DNA of 64,000 bases from an uncultured Actinomycetota bacterium (GTDB lineage Bacteria; Actinomycetota; Actinomycetes; Propionibacteriales; Nocardioidaceae): positions 1,445-65,444 of the forward strand of contig CAWDIF010000004.1 of assembly GCA_963802315.1 (NCBI GenBank), in the 5' to 3' direction. The notes beneath the pieces were generated by a model. That model saw only the letters and a program-made list of their open reading frames with translations, was not told where the DNA came from and made no database searches. This document shows positions 24,820-35,476 of the stretch, piece after piece. Both the position numbers and the translations under genes were made by a program. Position 1 is the first letter of the stretch, and every line of letters begins with the position of its first letter.

Positions 24820-27357
24820 ATGGCGACCCGTACGTCTTCCCCGCCGGGTCAGAGAAGCGTCAGTCGTACCAAGACGAGCGCGAAGGCACCGGCGCGGAAG
24901 TCACCCCAGAAGAAGACCTCCCGGACAAGGGCGGGCGCCAAGAGGAAGGGCGCCACGAACCGTCGGCCAGCGCCCCGCGCGGTGCGCAGCGGGCGGGGTC
25001 CGATCGCCCGGTTCTTCGACACGATCTTCCGCGGGGTCGCCGCGGTCTGGCTGGCGGTGGCGCACGCACTCGGCGGTGTCGCCCGCAGCATCGGGCGCAG
25101 CGCCCGGGACTCTGCCCGCGACCTGGCCCCCGAGCACCGTCGCGACGGCGTCGGCCTGCTGATCCTGGCGGTGGCGCTGGTGAGTGCCGCCGCGGTCTGG
25201 TTCCAGCTCGGCGGTGACCTCATGGGTGCGGTCCGGGTCGCGGTCACCGGGACGGTCGGCAAGGTCGGCTGGCTGGTGCCGCTGGCCCTGGTCGTGGTCG
25301 CCTGGCGCAACCTGCGTGACCCCGTGCACAACGGCCCGGCCGGTCGACAGGTCGTCGGCTGGCTCGCGCTGGCCCTCGGTGTTCTCGGGGTCGTCCACAT
25401 CGCCAACGGCAGCCCCCAGCCGGTCTCCGGCGACGCGGGTCCGCTGCGCGAGGGCGGCGGCGCGATCGGCTACGTCGTCTCGTCGTTGCTGCTGGACCTG
25501 CTGCGTTCCGAGGCGGTCGTGATCCCGGTCCTGGTGCTGCTCGCGTGCTTCGGGATCCTGGTCATCACCGGGACTCCTCTCTACAAGGTGCCGTCCAGGC
25601 TCGCCGAGACCCGGGACCGGGCTCTCGGCAGGCACGTCGGCGACGAGCTCCCGACCGGCCCCATCCAGTTGGACGCCTATGCCAACGACCCGGCCTACGA
25701 CTCACCGGTCCTGGAGGACCGCGAGGTCAAGAGGCGCCGCCGCAAGGCTGTCTTTGAGGACACCACCGCCAGCGACGAGCTCGGTCCGGTGCTCGACATC
25801 CGGGTCGAGGACGAAGCCAAGGTCGAGCTCGAGCCGCCGCCACACACCCCCATCCCGCAGCGCGTCGAGCAGCTCGCGCTGTCAGGCGACATCGTCTACA
25901 GCCTGCCCGGCAACGACATGCTCAAGGCCGGCTCGCCGCACAAGCCTCGGTCCAAGGCCAGCGACGACGTGGTCGGTCGGCTGACCACGGTCCTCGAGGA
26001 GTTCGACATCGACGCGCAGGTCACGGGCTACACCCGTGGACCGACGGTGACCCGCTACGAGGTCGAGCTCGGCTCCGCGGTGAAGGTGGAGAAGGTCACC
26101 GCGCTGTCCAAGAACATCTCCTACGCCGTCGCCTCGGCGGACGTGCGGATCCTCAGCCCCATCCCGGGCAAGTCCGCGATCGGCATCGAGATCCCCAACC
26201 TCGACAAGGAGATCGTGTCGCTGGGTGACGTGCTGCGCTCCGGCGCCGCGCGCACCGACCACCACCCGATGGTCTGCGGCCTCGGCAAGGACGTGGAGGG
26301 CGGCTTCGTGGTCGCCAACCTTGCGAAGATGCCACACCTGCTGGTCGCCGGTGCCACCGGATCCGGCAAGTCGAGCTTCATCAACTCCATGATCACCTCG
26401 ATCCTGATGCGGTCCACCCCGGACGAGGTCCGGATGATCATGGTCGACCCGAAGCGGGTCGAGCTCAACGCCTACGAGGGCGTGCCGCACCTCATCACGC
26501 CGATCATCACCAACCCCAAGAAGGCCGCGGAGGCGCTGGCCTGGGTCGTGCGCGAGATGGACCTGCGCTACGACGACCTGGCCAACTTCGGCTTCCGGCA
26601 CATCGACGACTTCAACAAGGCGGTGCGCGCCGGCAAAGTGACGGTCCCTCCGGGATCGGAGCGCGAGGTCGCGCCGTACCCGTACCTGCTGGTGATCGTC
26701 GACGAGCTCGCCGACCTGATGATGGTGGCGCCGCGCGACGTCGAGGACGCCATCGTGCGGATCACCCAGCTGGCCCGGGCCGCCGGCATCCACCTGGTGC
26801 TGGCGACCCAGCGTCCCAGCGTCGACGTCGTGACCGGCCTGATCAAGGCCAACGTCCCCTCACGGTTGGCCTTCGCGACGTCCTCGGTGACCGACAGCCG
26901 GGTCATCCTCGACCAGCCGGGTGCGGAGAAGCTCGTCGGCCAGGGTGACGGTCTGTTCCTGCCGATGGGTGCCTCGAAGCCCGTGCGGGTGCAGGGTTCC
27001 TGGGTCACCGAGGGCGAGATCCATGCGGTCGTCAAGGCGTGCAAGACCCAGCTGGAGCCGACGTACCGCGAGGACGTCGCGGCTCCGACCGCGAGCAAGC
27101 GCGACCTCGACGACGACATCGGCGACGACATGGACCTGGTGGTGCAGGCGATCGAGCTCGTGGTGTCGACCCAGTTCGGGTCGACCTCGATGCTGCAGCG
27201 CAAGCTCCGGGTCGGGTTCGCCAAGGCAGGTCGCCTGATGGACATCCTCGAGAGCCGCGGCATCGTGGGGCCGAGCGAGGGCTCCAAGGCCAGGGACGTG
27301 TTGATCAAGCCGGACGAGGTCGACGCCGTGATCATGACGCTGCAGGGGGACCGATGA
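24820..27357 (+). CDS. ftsK: DNA translocase FtsK
   Basis: 4TM N-terminus, AGATGSGKS, IVDELADLM, ATQRPS and gamma domain STSMLQRKLRVG. Confidence 0.97.
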   Translation: MATRTSSPPGQRSVSRTKTSAKAPARKSPQKKTSRTRAGAKRKGATNRRPAPRAVRSGRGPIARFFDTIFRGVAAVWLAVAHALGGVARSIGRSARDSARDLAPEHRRDGVGLLILAVALVSAAAVWFQLGGDLMGAVRVAVTGTVGKVGWLVPLALVVVAWRNLRDPVHNGPAGRQVVGWLALALGVLGVVHIANGSPQPVSGDAGPLREGGGAIGYVVSSLLLDLLRSEAVVIPVLVLLACFGILVITGTPLYKVPSRLAETRDRALGRHVGDELPTGPIQLDAYANDPAYDSPVLEDREVKRRRRKAVFEDTTASDELGPVLDIRVEDEAKVELEPPPHTPIPQRVEQLALSGDIVYSLPGNDMLKAGSPHKPRSKASDDVVGRLTTVLEEFDIDAQVTGYTRGPTVTRYEVELGSAVKVEKVTALSKNISYAVASADVRILSPIPGKSAIGIEIPNLDKEIVSLGDVLRSGAARTDHHPMVCGLGKDVEGGFVVANLAKMPHLLVAGATGSGKSSFINSMITSILMRSTPDEVRMIMVDPKRVELNAYEGVPHLITPIITNPKKAAEALAWVVREMDLRYDDLANFGFRHIDDFNKAVRAGKVTVPPGSEREVAPYPYLLVIVDELADLMMVAPRDVEDAIVRITQLARAAGIHLVLATQRPSVDVVTGLIKANVPSRLAFATSSVTDSRVILDQPGAEKLVGQGDGLFLPMGASKPVRVQGSWVTEGEIHAVVKACKTQLEPTYREDVAAPTASKRDLDDDIGDDMDLVVQAIELVVSTQFGSTSMLQRKLRVGFAKAGRLMDILESRGIVGPSEGSKARDVLIKPDEVDAVIMTLQGDR

Positions 27358-28724
27358 TCGAGGTGCGGCGCAACCCACGTGTCTCGGCGGTCGCCGCCGG
27401 GACCACCGGTCTGGTGGCCGCGGCCTACTTCGTCCGCGCGGCCGGCAACGCGAGCGCGGTCGACTGGCTGATCTTCGTCGGGCTGGGGGCTTTGACCCTG
27501 CTGCACCTGCACTCGCTCCGTGACTCGCGCACGCCGCTGTTCGTCGCCGACGAGCAGGGTGTCCGGGTTCGCTCCGGGCGCACCTGGCGCGGGATGCCGT
27601 GGTCCGAGCTCGACGAGGTGGAGCACCTGCCTCGCCGTCGGCCGTGGCGCGACGGTCGACTGATCCTGTTCCCTGGCGACGGCAGCAAGCACATCGCGAC
27701 GCCCCTCGGTCTGGTCACCACGGTGACCGGTGCCGACGACGGCCTGACGCAGACCCTGACTCGGCTGGCCGGTGACCAGTGCTCGGTCGTGGAGATCGTG
27801 CCGGCGGCGGCCGAGGTGCCTGAACCGGTCGCCAGCCCGACCCCGGCGGCCCTGCGCGAGCCGACCGTGGCCGTGCGGGCCGAGGTGACCTCATCCCCAC
27901 CTGAGATCAACTCCGACCGTGAGGAGACGGACGCGATCGAGCCGACCGCGACGGGGGTGTGGCTGGCCTCGACCGTGCTGATCGACGACCTGGCCGACGT
28001 CCCGATCGTGGACCCGGTCATCGGCCCCCAGCTGCGGGCGGCCCGGGAGGCCCTCCGCCTGAGCATCGACCAGCTCGCCGAGCGCACCCGCATCCGACCG
28101 CACGTCATCGAGGCCATCGAGATCGACGACTTCCTCCCGTGCGGCGGCGACTTCTATGCCCGCGGTCACCTCCGCACGCTGGCTCGTGTCCTCGGCCTCG
28201 ACGTGGCTCCGCTCCTGGAGACCTATGCCGAGCGCTACGCCGACGCGCCGCTCGATCCACGCCGCGTGTTCGAGGCCGAGCTTGCGACCGGTCGGACCGG
28301 GCCCCTGCGCGGCACCCGGGGTGGTCCGAACTGGTCGGTGCTCGTCGCCTCGGTGATGGCCGTCGTCCTCGTCTGGTCGGTGGCCCGCCTGGTCATGGAG
28401 AACCCCGTCTCGGTCACGCCCGCGACGCCCAGCCTGGCCAACGGCTCCGCTGGCCTGACCAGCGGCGGCGGCGAACGCGCCGCCCCGGTCGACGTCGAGC
28501 TCATGGCCGCCGGAGGCGGCGCCCACGTCGTGGTCCGTGACGGTGCCGGAGCGGTGGTGTTCAAGGACTCGATCGCCTTCGGCGCGACCCAGGCGCTCAA
28601 GGTCAGTCCACCGGTCCGGGTCCAGACGAGCGACGGATCGCTCGTGGTCACCGTCGACGGCCAGGACCACGGCGCTATGGGGGAGACGGGCCGGAGCGCG
28701 CAGGACGTTTTCACCGGACGCTGA
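27354..28724 (+). CDS. RodZ-like HTH protein with an extra N-terminal TM-hairpin/PH-like domain
   Basis: IGPQLRAARE...TRIRPHVIEAIE..GGDFYARGHLRTLAR (HTH_25-like), TM helix, C-terminal beta domain; located between ftsK and rimO. Confidence 0.8.
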   Translation: MIEVRRNPRVSAVAAGTTGLVAAAYFVRAAGNASAVDWLIFVGLGALTLLHLHSLRDSRTPLFVADEQGVRVRSGRTWRGMPWSELDEVEHLPRRRPWRDGRLILFPGDGSKHIATPLGLVTTVTGADDGLTQTLTRLAGDQCSVVEIVPAAAEVPEPVASPTPAALREPTVAVRAEVTSSPPEINSDREETDAIEPTATGVWLASTVLIDDLADVPIVDPVIGPQLRAAREALRLSIDQLAERTRIRPHVIEAIEIDDFLPCGGDFYARGHLRTLARVLGLDVAPLLETYAERYADAPLDPRRVFEAELATGRTGPLRGTRGGPNWSVLVASVMAVVLVWSVARLVMENPVSVTPATPSLANGSAGLTSGGGERAAPVDVELMAAGGGAHVVVRDGAGAVVFKDSIAFGATQALKVSPPVRVQTSDGSLVVTVDGQDHGAMGETGRSAQDVFTGR

Positions 28725-28744
28725 GGCACGGCTAGCCTGCTTGA

Positions 28745-30115
28745 ATGCTATCCGTTGCGTTGGTGACCCTGGGGTGCGCCCGCAACGAGGTCGACTCCGA
28801 GGAGCTCGCCGGTCGTCTGGAGGCCGACGGCTTCCGGCTGGTGTCGGACCCGGAGAGTGCCGACACGGTGCTGGTCAACACCTGCGGCTTCGTCGAGGCC
28901 GCCAAGAAGGACTCGGTCGACGCGATCCTCGAGGCCGCGGACCTGCGTGACACCGCGGGCCACGGCGGCCGGGCCAGGGCGGTAGTGGCGGTCGGCTGCC
29001 TGGCGGAGAGGTACGGCGCAGAGCTGGCCGAGTCGCTGCCCGAGGCCGACGCGGTGCTGGGCTTCGACGACTATCCGGACATCGCGGCCCGGCTGCGCTC
29101 GATCATGGCCGGGGAGACCCATCACCCCCACACGCCGCAGGACCGACGCAAGCTCCTGCCGATCACGCCCACCGAACGCCAGCACGAGCGCACCGCCGTG
29201 CCCGGGTCGCCGCGCACCCGTCTCGACCGCTCGCCCACGGCGCCGCTCAAGCTGGCCAACGGTTGTGACCGACGCTGCACCTTCTGCGCCATCCCGATGT
29301 TCCGGGGCTCCTTCGTGAGCCGCCGACCGAGCGAGGTCCTCGACGAGGCGAGGTGGCTCGCCGCCGAGGGCGTGCGCGAGCTCTTCCTCGTCAGCGAGAA
29401 CTCCACGTCATACGGCAAGGACCTCGGCGACCTGCGGCTCCTCGAGACACTGCTGCCCGAGCTGGCGGCGGTCGACGGGGTCGAGAGGGTGCGCGTGTCC
29501 TATCTCCAGCCGGCCGAGACGCGCCCCGGTCTGATCGAGGCGATCGCCACGACGCCGGGTGTGACGCCGTACTTCGACCTCTCCTTCCAGCACGCCAGCA
29601 ATGCCGTGCTCCGTCGGATGCGACGGTTCGGCGATCCCGACAGCTTCCTGGGTCTGCTCTCCCAGGTGCGGTCCCTCGCGCCCGAGGCCGGCGTCCGCTC
29701 CAACGTGATCGTCGGGTTCCCCGGTGAGACCGAGCGCGACCTCGAGATCCTGTGCGACTTCCTGGTCGCTGCTCGCATGGACGTCACCGGCGTCTTCGGC
29801 TACTCCGACGAGGACGGCACGGAGGCCGCGTCCTACGACGACAAGCTCGGCGAGGACGAGGTCCGGGCCCGCGCCGAGCACGTGTCGTCGCTCGTCGAGG
29901 AGCTCACCAGTCAGCGGGCCGTGGAACGTCTCGGCGAGGTGGTCTCCGTCCTGGTCGAGGAGGTCACCGACGATGGGGTGGTCGGCCGGGCCGAGCACCA
30001 AGGGCCCGAGGTCGACGGGACGGTGACCCTGCTCGGCAGTGCCGCGGTCGGTGACCTGGTGCGTGCTGTGGTCGTCGACACCGAGGGCATCGACCTCGTC
30101 GCGGAGCCGGCATGA
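28745..30115 (+). CDS. rimO: Ribosomal protein S12 methylthiotransferase
   Basis: [34 protein letters not shown] and PEVDG. Confidence 0.95.
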   Translation: MLSVALVTLGCARNEVDSEELAGRLEADGFRLVSDPESADTVLVNTCGFVEAAKKDSVDAILEAADLRDTAGHGGRARAVVAVGCLAERYGAELAESLPEADAVLGFDDYPDIAARLRSIMAGETHHPHTPQDRRKLLPITPTERQHERTAVPGSPRTRLDRSPTAPLKLANGCDRRCTFCAIPMFRGSFVSRRPSEVLDEARWLAAEGVRELFLVSENSTSYGKDLGDLRLLETLLPELAAVDGVERVRVSYLQPAETRPGLIEAIATTPGVTPYFDLSFQHASNAVLRRMRRFGDPDSFLGLLSQVRSLAPEAGVRSNVIVGFPGETERDLEILCDFLVAARMDVTGVFGYSDEDGTEAASYDDKLGEDEVRARAEHVSSLVEELTSQRAVERLGEVVSVLVEEVTDDGVVGRAEHQGPEVDGTVTLLGSAAVGDLVRAVVVDTEGIDLVAEPA

Positions 30116-30765
30116 GCAGCGAACCGACCCAGACCGCGAAGCCCAGCAACTTCAATCTGCCCAACGCGCTGACGACGCTCCGGATCGCGCTGGTCCCGTT
30201 CTTCGGGGCGGCCCTGCTCGTGGACGGTGGCGAGTCGATCGCCTGGCGACTGACGGCGTTCGCGATCTTCGTGGTCGCCATGATCACCGACAAGATCGAC
30301 GGGGACATCGCGAGGTCGCGCGGGCTGATCACCGACTTCGGCAAGATCGCCGACCCGATCGCCGACAAGGCGATGACCGGCATGGCCTTCGTCGGCCTGG
30401 CGGTCATCTTCGAGAGCCCGTGGTGGTGGGCCGTGACCATCGTGGTGCTGGTCCGTGAGTGGAGCGTGACGCTGCTGCGGCTCTCCATCCTCAAGCGGAT
30501 GGTCATCGCCGCCGACAGCCTCGGCAAGCTCAAGACGACCTTCCAGGTCATCGGCCTCAGCGGCCTCGTCCTGCCCTTCCGCGACCCCGACCTGCCCGAC
30601 TGGATGCAGACCCCCGGAGAGTTCCTCCACTACGCGGCGGTCGTGCTCGTGGGCGTCGCCGTCGTGCTGACGCTCGTCTCGGGCGCTCAGTTCTTCGCCG
30701 GCGTGTGGCGTCAGCGCGACCAGCTCCAGGGGGTTGATCCTCGCGGACCGGACACCGATGCGTGA
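30112..30765 (+). CDS. pgsA: CDP-diacylglycerol--glycerol-3-phosphate 3-phosphatidyltransferase
   Basis: NLPNALT and [27 protein letters not shown] motif. Confidence 0.95.
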   Translation: MSSEPTQTAKPSNFNLPNALTTLRIALVPFFGAALLVDGGESIAWRLTAFAIFVVAMITDKIDGDIARSRGLITDFGKIADPIADKAMTGMAFVGLAVIFESPWWWAVTIVVLVREWSVTLLRLSILKRMVIAADSLGKLKTTFQVIGLSGLVLPFRDPDLPDWMQTPGEFLHYAAVVLVGVAVVLTLVSGAQFFAGVWRQRDQLQGVDPRGPDTDA

Positions 30766-31246
30766 CGACGCGGCCGTGGTCCACGGTCTGCTCCTGGAGA
30801 GGGGGGAGACGGTGGCCACCGCGGAGTCGTTGACCGGTGGACGGCTCGGGATGGAGCTCACCGAGACCCCGGGGTCCTCGGCGACGTACGTCGGGGGGAT
30901 CGTCGCGTACGCCACCAGGCTCAAGGTCGCGCTGCTGGGCATTGAGGAGACCCTGGTCGCCCGGTACGGCGTCGTCTCGCCCGAGTGCGCCCTCGCAATG
31001 GCCCGGGGCGTGCGCGAGCAGACCGGCGCGACCTACGCGCTGAGCACGACCGGGGTGGCCGGGCCCGACCGCCAGGAGGGCAAGCCGGCCGGCACCGTGT
31101 TCGTCGGCCTGGTCGGGCCGGGGGTGCAGACCGCGGTCGCCCTGGAGCTGGTGGGGTCGCGGTCCGCGATCCGCGAACGGACCTGCAAGGAGGCGCTGTC
31201 GGCACTCGCCGACATGCTGCACGGGAAGAAACCGACCCTCGGGTAG
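30758..31246 (+). CDS. cinA: CinA/PncC family NMN amidohydrolase
   Basis: ATAESLTGG, PGSS and TTGVAGP. Confidence 0.9.
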   Translation: MRDDAAVVHGLLLERGETVATAESLTGGRLGMELTETPGSSATYVGGIVAYATRLKVALLGIEETLVARYGVVSPECALAMARGVREQTGATYALSTTGVAGPDRQEGKPAGTVFVGLVGPGVQTAVALELVGSRSAIRERTCKEALSALADMLHGKKPTLG

Positions 31247-31290
31247 CGTTGGGCCACGAGCCTGGGAGCGATCCCTTCGAAGGAGTCCGC

Positions 31291-31566
31291 ATGGTGCTGT
31301 TCCGCCGACTGCTCGGCGAGGTGCTCCGCGCCGAGCGGATGCGTCGTGGCATGACGCTGCGTGACGTCTCCGCGGAGGCCCGGGTCAGCCTCGGCTACAT
31401 CTCCGAGATCGAGCGTGGCCAGAAGGAAGCCTCCTCCGAGCTGCTGGCTTCGCTGTGCGGAGCGCTCGACGTCCCGCTCTCGGATGTGCTCCGCGAGGTC
31501 TCGGACGCGGTCGCGCTCGAGGAGGCCGCCTTGGCCCTGCCCGCGGTCGTCGCCTCCGCTGCCTGA
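31291..31566 (+). CDS. clgR: ClgR-like XRE transcriptional regulator
   Basis: SLGYISEIERGQKEASSELL; AAGGAG RBS; follows pgsA-cinA. Confidence 0.85.
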   Translation: MVLFRRLLGEVLRAERMRRGMTLRDVSAEARVSLGYISEIERGQKEASSELLASLCGALDVPLSDVLREVSDAVALEEAALALPAVVASAA

Positions 31567-31616
31567 TCGGGACAACAACGCCCCCAGGTCGGCCTTCTCA
31601 GCCTAAGTTGTCGCAG

Positions 31617-34600
31617 GTGACGATCGCTCGGCGCCCGGTGGCGCTGCTCTGTGTCCTTTGTCTGGTCCCTCTGCTCTGGTTCACGGCGGCCTCGTCGACG
31701 GCCAGCGCCTCCGCGCCGCCGGCGCTGGACGACTCGTTGTTCGCGCCGATCCGCGGATTCACGCTCAGCACGTCCGATGACGTCCGGGTGCGCCCCTCGG
31801 CCTTCCGCGCCTACCGCGTGGACCTGGCCCGGATGAGGGCCGAGCTCGGCTCGGGCGGCACAGTGAGCGTGACCATCCCGGACCCGGCCGGGACGCCGAC
31901 CAGGTTCCACGTCGTCGAGCACTCGGTCATGGAGCCCGAGCTCCAGGCGGCGCACCCGGAGATCCGCACCTACCGCGGTGCCGACGCGATCGGCAGCACC
32001 ATCGCGCTCGACGTCACGCCGATGGGCTTCCACGCCTTCGTCCGCCGTCCCGACGGCGTCTCCTGGCTGGTCGACCCGGCCTTCAACCGGCGCGCCGAGG
32101 ACACGGTCCTCTCCTACGCGAGCGGCTCGAGCGACACGTCGCACACGTTCGTCGAGCGTGAGCTGGACAAGACCGTGGACGCGGTCGCCCCGGCCGCCGA
32201 GGACACCGGCTTCTCGACGCCCGGTGGCATCGTCTCCAAGCGGACCTACCGGATGGCGTTCCTCACCGACAACACCTACGCGACGTACTTCGGCTCCGCC
32301 AATGTCTTCGCCGAGAAGTCCACGATGATGGCCCGGGTCAACCACGTCTACAACGACGACCTGGCGATCGAGTTCCTCCTCATCGCGGGCACCGACACCA
32401 AGCTCAACCTCGACACGGTCGCCAAGATGACCGGCACCGACGGACCCTGCGGCGCCAACGCCTGCTACACGCCCTCGCAGGTCGCCAGCTGCACCGGGTC
32501 GCTCCTGACCCGCAACGTGTTCGTGCTCGGCCAGCTCATGGGTGCCGACAACTTCGACATCGGCCACATCGGCCTGGGCAACTCCGGGGGTGGCATCGCC
32601 GGACTCGGCGTCGTCGGTGACGCCAACAAGGCGAGGGGATGCACAGGTCTACCCACCCCGGACGGTGATCTCTATGCGATCGACTACGTCGCCCATGAGG
32701 TCGGACACCAGATGGGCGGCAACCACACCTTCAACGGGGCCACCGGCAGCTGCTCGGGGGGCAACCGCAACGGCGGCACCTCGGTCGAGCCGGGCTCGGG
32801 CTCATCGGTGATGGCCTACGCCGGCATCTGCGGCGCGGACAACCTGCAAGCGCACTCCGACCCGTACTTCTCCCAGCGCAGCATCGACGAGATCGAGGCG
32901 ACCACCGCCGCTGGGCCCTCGAGCAGCTCCGAGCGTCAGTCGGTCGCCTTCTCCGGTCTCGCCGTCGGCGAGCAGATCTCGATCTCGTGCGCGGCGTGCC
33001 CGGCTCAGACCGTGACGTGGGCAGGCACCCCGGCGACCGACGCGCTCAACCTGACGACGGCGATCCAGGCGGCTACCGGCAGCATGCCGACGGTCGGCGG
33101 CTACGACGGCGCTGCGACGGTGACCGCCACGGGCTTCACCGCCAACTGGGGCGGCTCGACCAACATCGCCACGCTGGTCGTCGCCCCGGTCGTCGGGGGT
33201 CAGTTCACCGCACTCGTGGGCACGATCATCCAGGGTGGCCCGGAGACCAACGGGGGCGCCGTGACGCTCAGCGCCAACAGCTCGCCGACGGTCACCGGTG
33301 CCGCTGACAAGACGATCCCGGCGCGCACGCCGTTCGCGCTGACTCCCGTTGCGGTCAGTGACCCCAACGGCGACACGCTGACCTACATGTGGGAGCAGAA
33401 CGACATCGGTGGCGCCTCGGGTGTGACCTTGACGAGCGACCCCAAGACGGTCGGGCCCCTGTTCCGCCAGTTCGGGATCGCGGCACCAGTCACGTCGATG
33501 GGCGCACTCGAGTACGAGTCGCCCGGTGAGAACCTGGCGGGCACCAACCCGACCCGGACGTTCCCCGACCTGGTGCAGATCCTCGCTGGCAACACCAACG
33601 CCGCCACCGGGTCCTGCCCGGCCGCGCCACCGGCCGGCCAGACCCAGGTCGACTGCCTCTCGGAGTTCCTGCCGACCAGCGCCTACCTGGGGGCGTCCTC
33701 CAGCCGCCAGCTGAACTTCCGGCTGTCGGTGCGCGACGAGTTCACACCGGACGCCGGCGCGGACGACCCCGGCGGCCTCACCCAGGACGACGTGGTCCTC
33801 ACGGTCGACCCGGCGGCCGGGCCGTTCCTGGTCACCTCGCGGGCGACGCCCGGTGCCGCCACGGGCTTCGAGACCGTGTCCTGGAGCGTGGCCGGCACCA
33901 GCACGGCCGCGCTCGCGCAGAACGTCAAGATCAGCCTGTCCACCGACGGCGGGCTGAGCTATCCCACGGTCCTCACGGCCAGCACCGCCAACGACGGCAG
34001 CGAGACGGTGATTCTGCCCAACGTCACGACGAGCACGGCGCGGCTCAAGGTCGAGGCGGTCGGCAACTACTTCTTCGACGTCAACGACGCCAACTTCTCG
34101 ATCTCGCCGTCCGCCGGCAACCTCACTCCGCTGGTCAACGCTGGGCCCGATGCGACGGTGACGCTCGGGAGCCCATTCAGCTCCTCGGGCACCTTCGCCG
34201 ACGAGGCCCCCGGCACGGCCACGGCCACGGTCGACTACGGCGACGGCAGCGGCCCACAGCCGCTGGCGCTGACCGGGTCGACGTTCAGCCTGAGCAAGAC
34301 CTACACGACCGTCGGCACCAAGACCGTCACGGTCAAGGTGACCGACGCCAGCGCAGCGGTGGGCACCGACACGGCCACCGTCACGGTGACGCCGGGGACG
34401 ACACCGCCGCCGGTGCCGGCGGTGACGCCCGGGACGGTCGCGATCAAGGGCAAGACGATCGTGGGCAAGCGGCTGAAGGCCAAGGTGGCGGGCTGGTCGC
34501 CGGATGGTCTGACCTACTCCTACGAGTGGCTGCGCAACGGCAAGGTCATCAAGGGAGCCAAGGTCAAGACGTACACCCTGACCAAGAAGGACAAGGGCAA

Positions 34601-34691
34601 GAGGATCCGGATCCGGGTCACCGGGTCCAAGCCGGGATACACCTCCGGAGTGGCCAGCTCCAACAAGACGGGCAAGATCCAGGACGCCTAG
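31617..34691 (+). CDS. Secreted M12/reprolysin-like zinc metallopeptidase with PKD and Ig-like domains
   Basis: Signal peptide, HEVGHQMGGNH zinc motif, SVMAY Met-turn, VDYGDGS PKD and a Lys-rich C-terminal Ig-like domain. Confidence 0.88.
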   Translation: MTIARRPVALLCVLCLVPLLWFTAASSTASASAPPALDDSLFAPIRGFTLSTSDDVRVRPSAFRAYRVDLARMRAELGSGGTVSVTIPDPAGTPTRFHVVEHSVMEPELQAAHPEIRTYRGADAIGSTIALDVTPMGFHAFVRRPDGVSWLVDPAFNRRAEDTVLSYASGSSDTSHTFVERELDKTVDAVAPAAEDTGFSTPGGIVSKRTYRMAFLTDNTYATYFGSANVFAEKSTMMARVNHVYNDDLAIEFLLIAGTDTKLNLDTVAKMTGTDGPCGANACYTPSQVASCTGSLLTRNVFVLGQLMGADNFDIGHIGLGNSGGGIAGLGVVGDANKARGCTGLPTPDGDLYAIDYVAHEVGHQMGGNHTFNGATGSCSGGNRNGGTSVEPGSGSSVMAYAGICGADNLQAHSDPYFSQRSIDEIEATTAAGPSSSSERQSVAFSGLAVGEQISISCAACPAQTVTWAGTPATDALNLTTAIQAATGSMPTVGGYDGAATVTATGFTANWGGSTNIATLVVAPVVGGQFTALVGTIIQGGPETNGGAVTLSANSSPTVTGAADKTIPARTPFALTPVAVSDPNGDTLTYMWEQNDIGGASGVTLTSDPKTVGPLFRQFGIAAPVTSMGALEYESPGENLAGTNPTRTFPDLVQILAGNTNAATGSCPAAPPAGQTQVDCLSEFLPTSAYLGASSSRQLNFRLSVRDEFTPDAGADDPGGLTQDDVVLTVDPAAGPFLVTSRATPGAATGFETVSWSVAGTSTAALAQNVKISLSTDGGLSYPTVLTASTANDGSETVILPNVTTSTARLKVEAVGNYFFDVNDANFSISPSAGNLTPLVNAGPDATVTLGSPFSSSGTFADEAPGTATATVDYGDGSGPQPLALTGSTFSLSKTYTTVGTKTVTVKVTDASAAVGTDTATVTVTPGTTPPPVPAVTPGTVAIKGKTIVGKRLKAKVAGWSPDGLTYSYEWLRNGKVIKGAKVKTYTLTKKDKGKRIRIRVTGSKPGYTSGVASSNKTGKIQDA

Positions 34692-35476
34692 GGCTGGCAG
34701 GACGGGCACCAGTACGACGCACGGTCCTGCCCTGCTGGGCCCTGCATCTCGACGACGATCCGGGTGCCGCAGCGTCGGCACGGCGCCCGGTCGCGCCGGT
34801 AGACCCAGTGCCGCTCCCGCTCGCGCAGGCTGCCGGTCGTCGACTGGACCGCGCGCTCCTTGTTGAGGTCCAGCATCTGCTGTCCGCGGAGCACGAGCCG
34901 GCGCAGGTCCGACACCTGGCCGATCGGCGTCTCCGGGTGCAGACCACCCACGAAGCACAGCTCGGCGGCATACATGTTGCCGATGCCGGCGAGGTTGCGC
35001 TGGTCGAGCAGGGCCTCGCGCAGTGGCCTCTCGGGATCCTGGAGCAGGCGGCCCAGCGCCACCTCGACGTCCCAGTCGGGCCCGAGCAGGTCCGGGCCGA
35101 GATGGCACACGACGGAGTCCTCGTCGGCCCGCTCGACCAGCTCGACGATCCCCAGCGAGAACCCGACCGCGATGCGTGCGGGGGTGGTGAGCACGACGCG
35201 GGCCTGGTGGGTCGGGCGCGGCCAGCGCTGGTCGTGGTCGAGGACCCGCCAGGCGCCCTCCATCTTGAGGTGGGTGTGCAGGGTCCACGCCTCGTCGCCG
35301 CGGTCGACCCGGGTGAGCAGGTGTTTGCCCCGAGAGACGGTGCCGAGGACGGTGCCGCCGGCCAGGTCGGCGGTGGCGTGCTGAGGAACCCGGAAGTCAC
35401 TGCCGGTCAAGACGTCCCCGCTCAGAGCCCGGTCGAGCAGACGCGCCGCGCGGAAGACGGTGTCGCCCTCAGGCAC
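34688..35476 (-). CDS. nei: Fpg/Nei family DNA glycosylase
   Basis: MPEGD N-terminus, GKHL, HLKMEG, LLDQRNLAGIGN and zinc finger CRRC..CPSCQ. Confidence 0.93.
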   Translation of the reverse strand: MPEGDTVFRAARLLDRALSGDVLTGSDFRVPQHATADLAGGTVLGTVSRGKHLLTRVDRGDEAWTLHTHLKMEGAWRVLDHDQRWPRPTHQARVVLTTPARIAVGFSLGIVELVERADEDSVVCHLGPDLLGPDWDVEVALGRLLQDPERPLREALLDQRNLAGIGNMYAAELCFVGGLHPETPIGQVSDLRRLVLRGQQMLDLNKERAVQSTTGSLRERERHWVYRRDRAPCRRCGTRIVVEMQGPAGQDRASYWCPSCQP

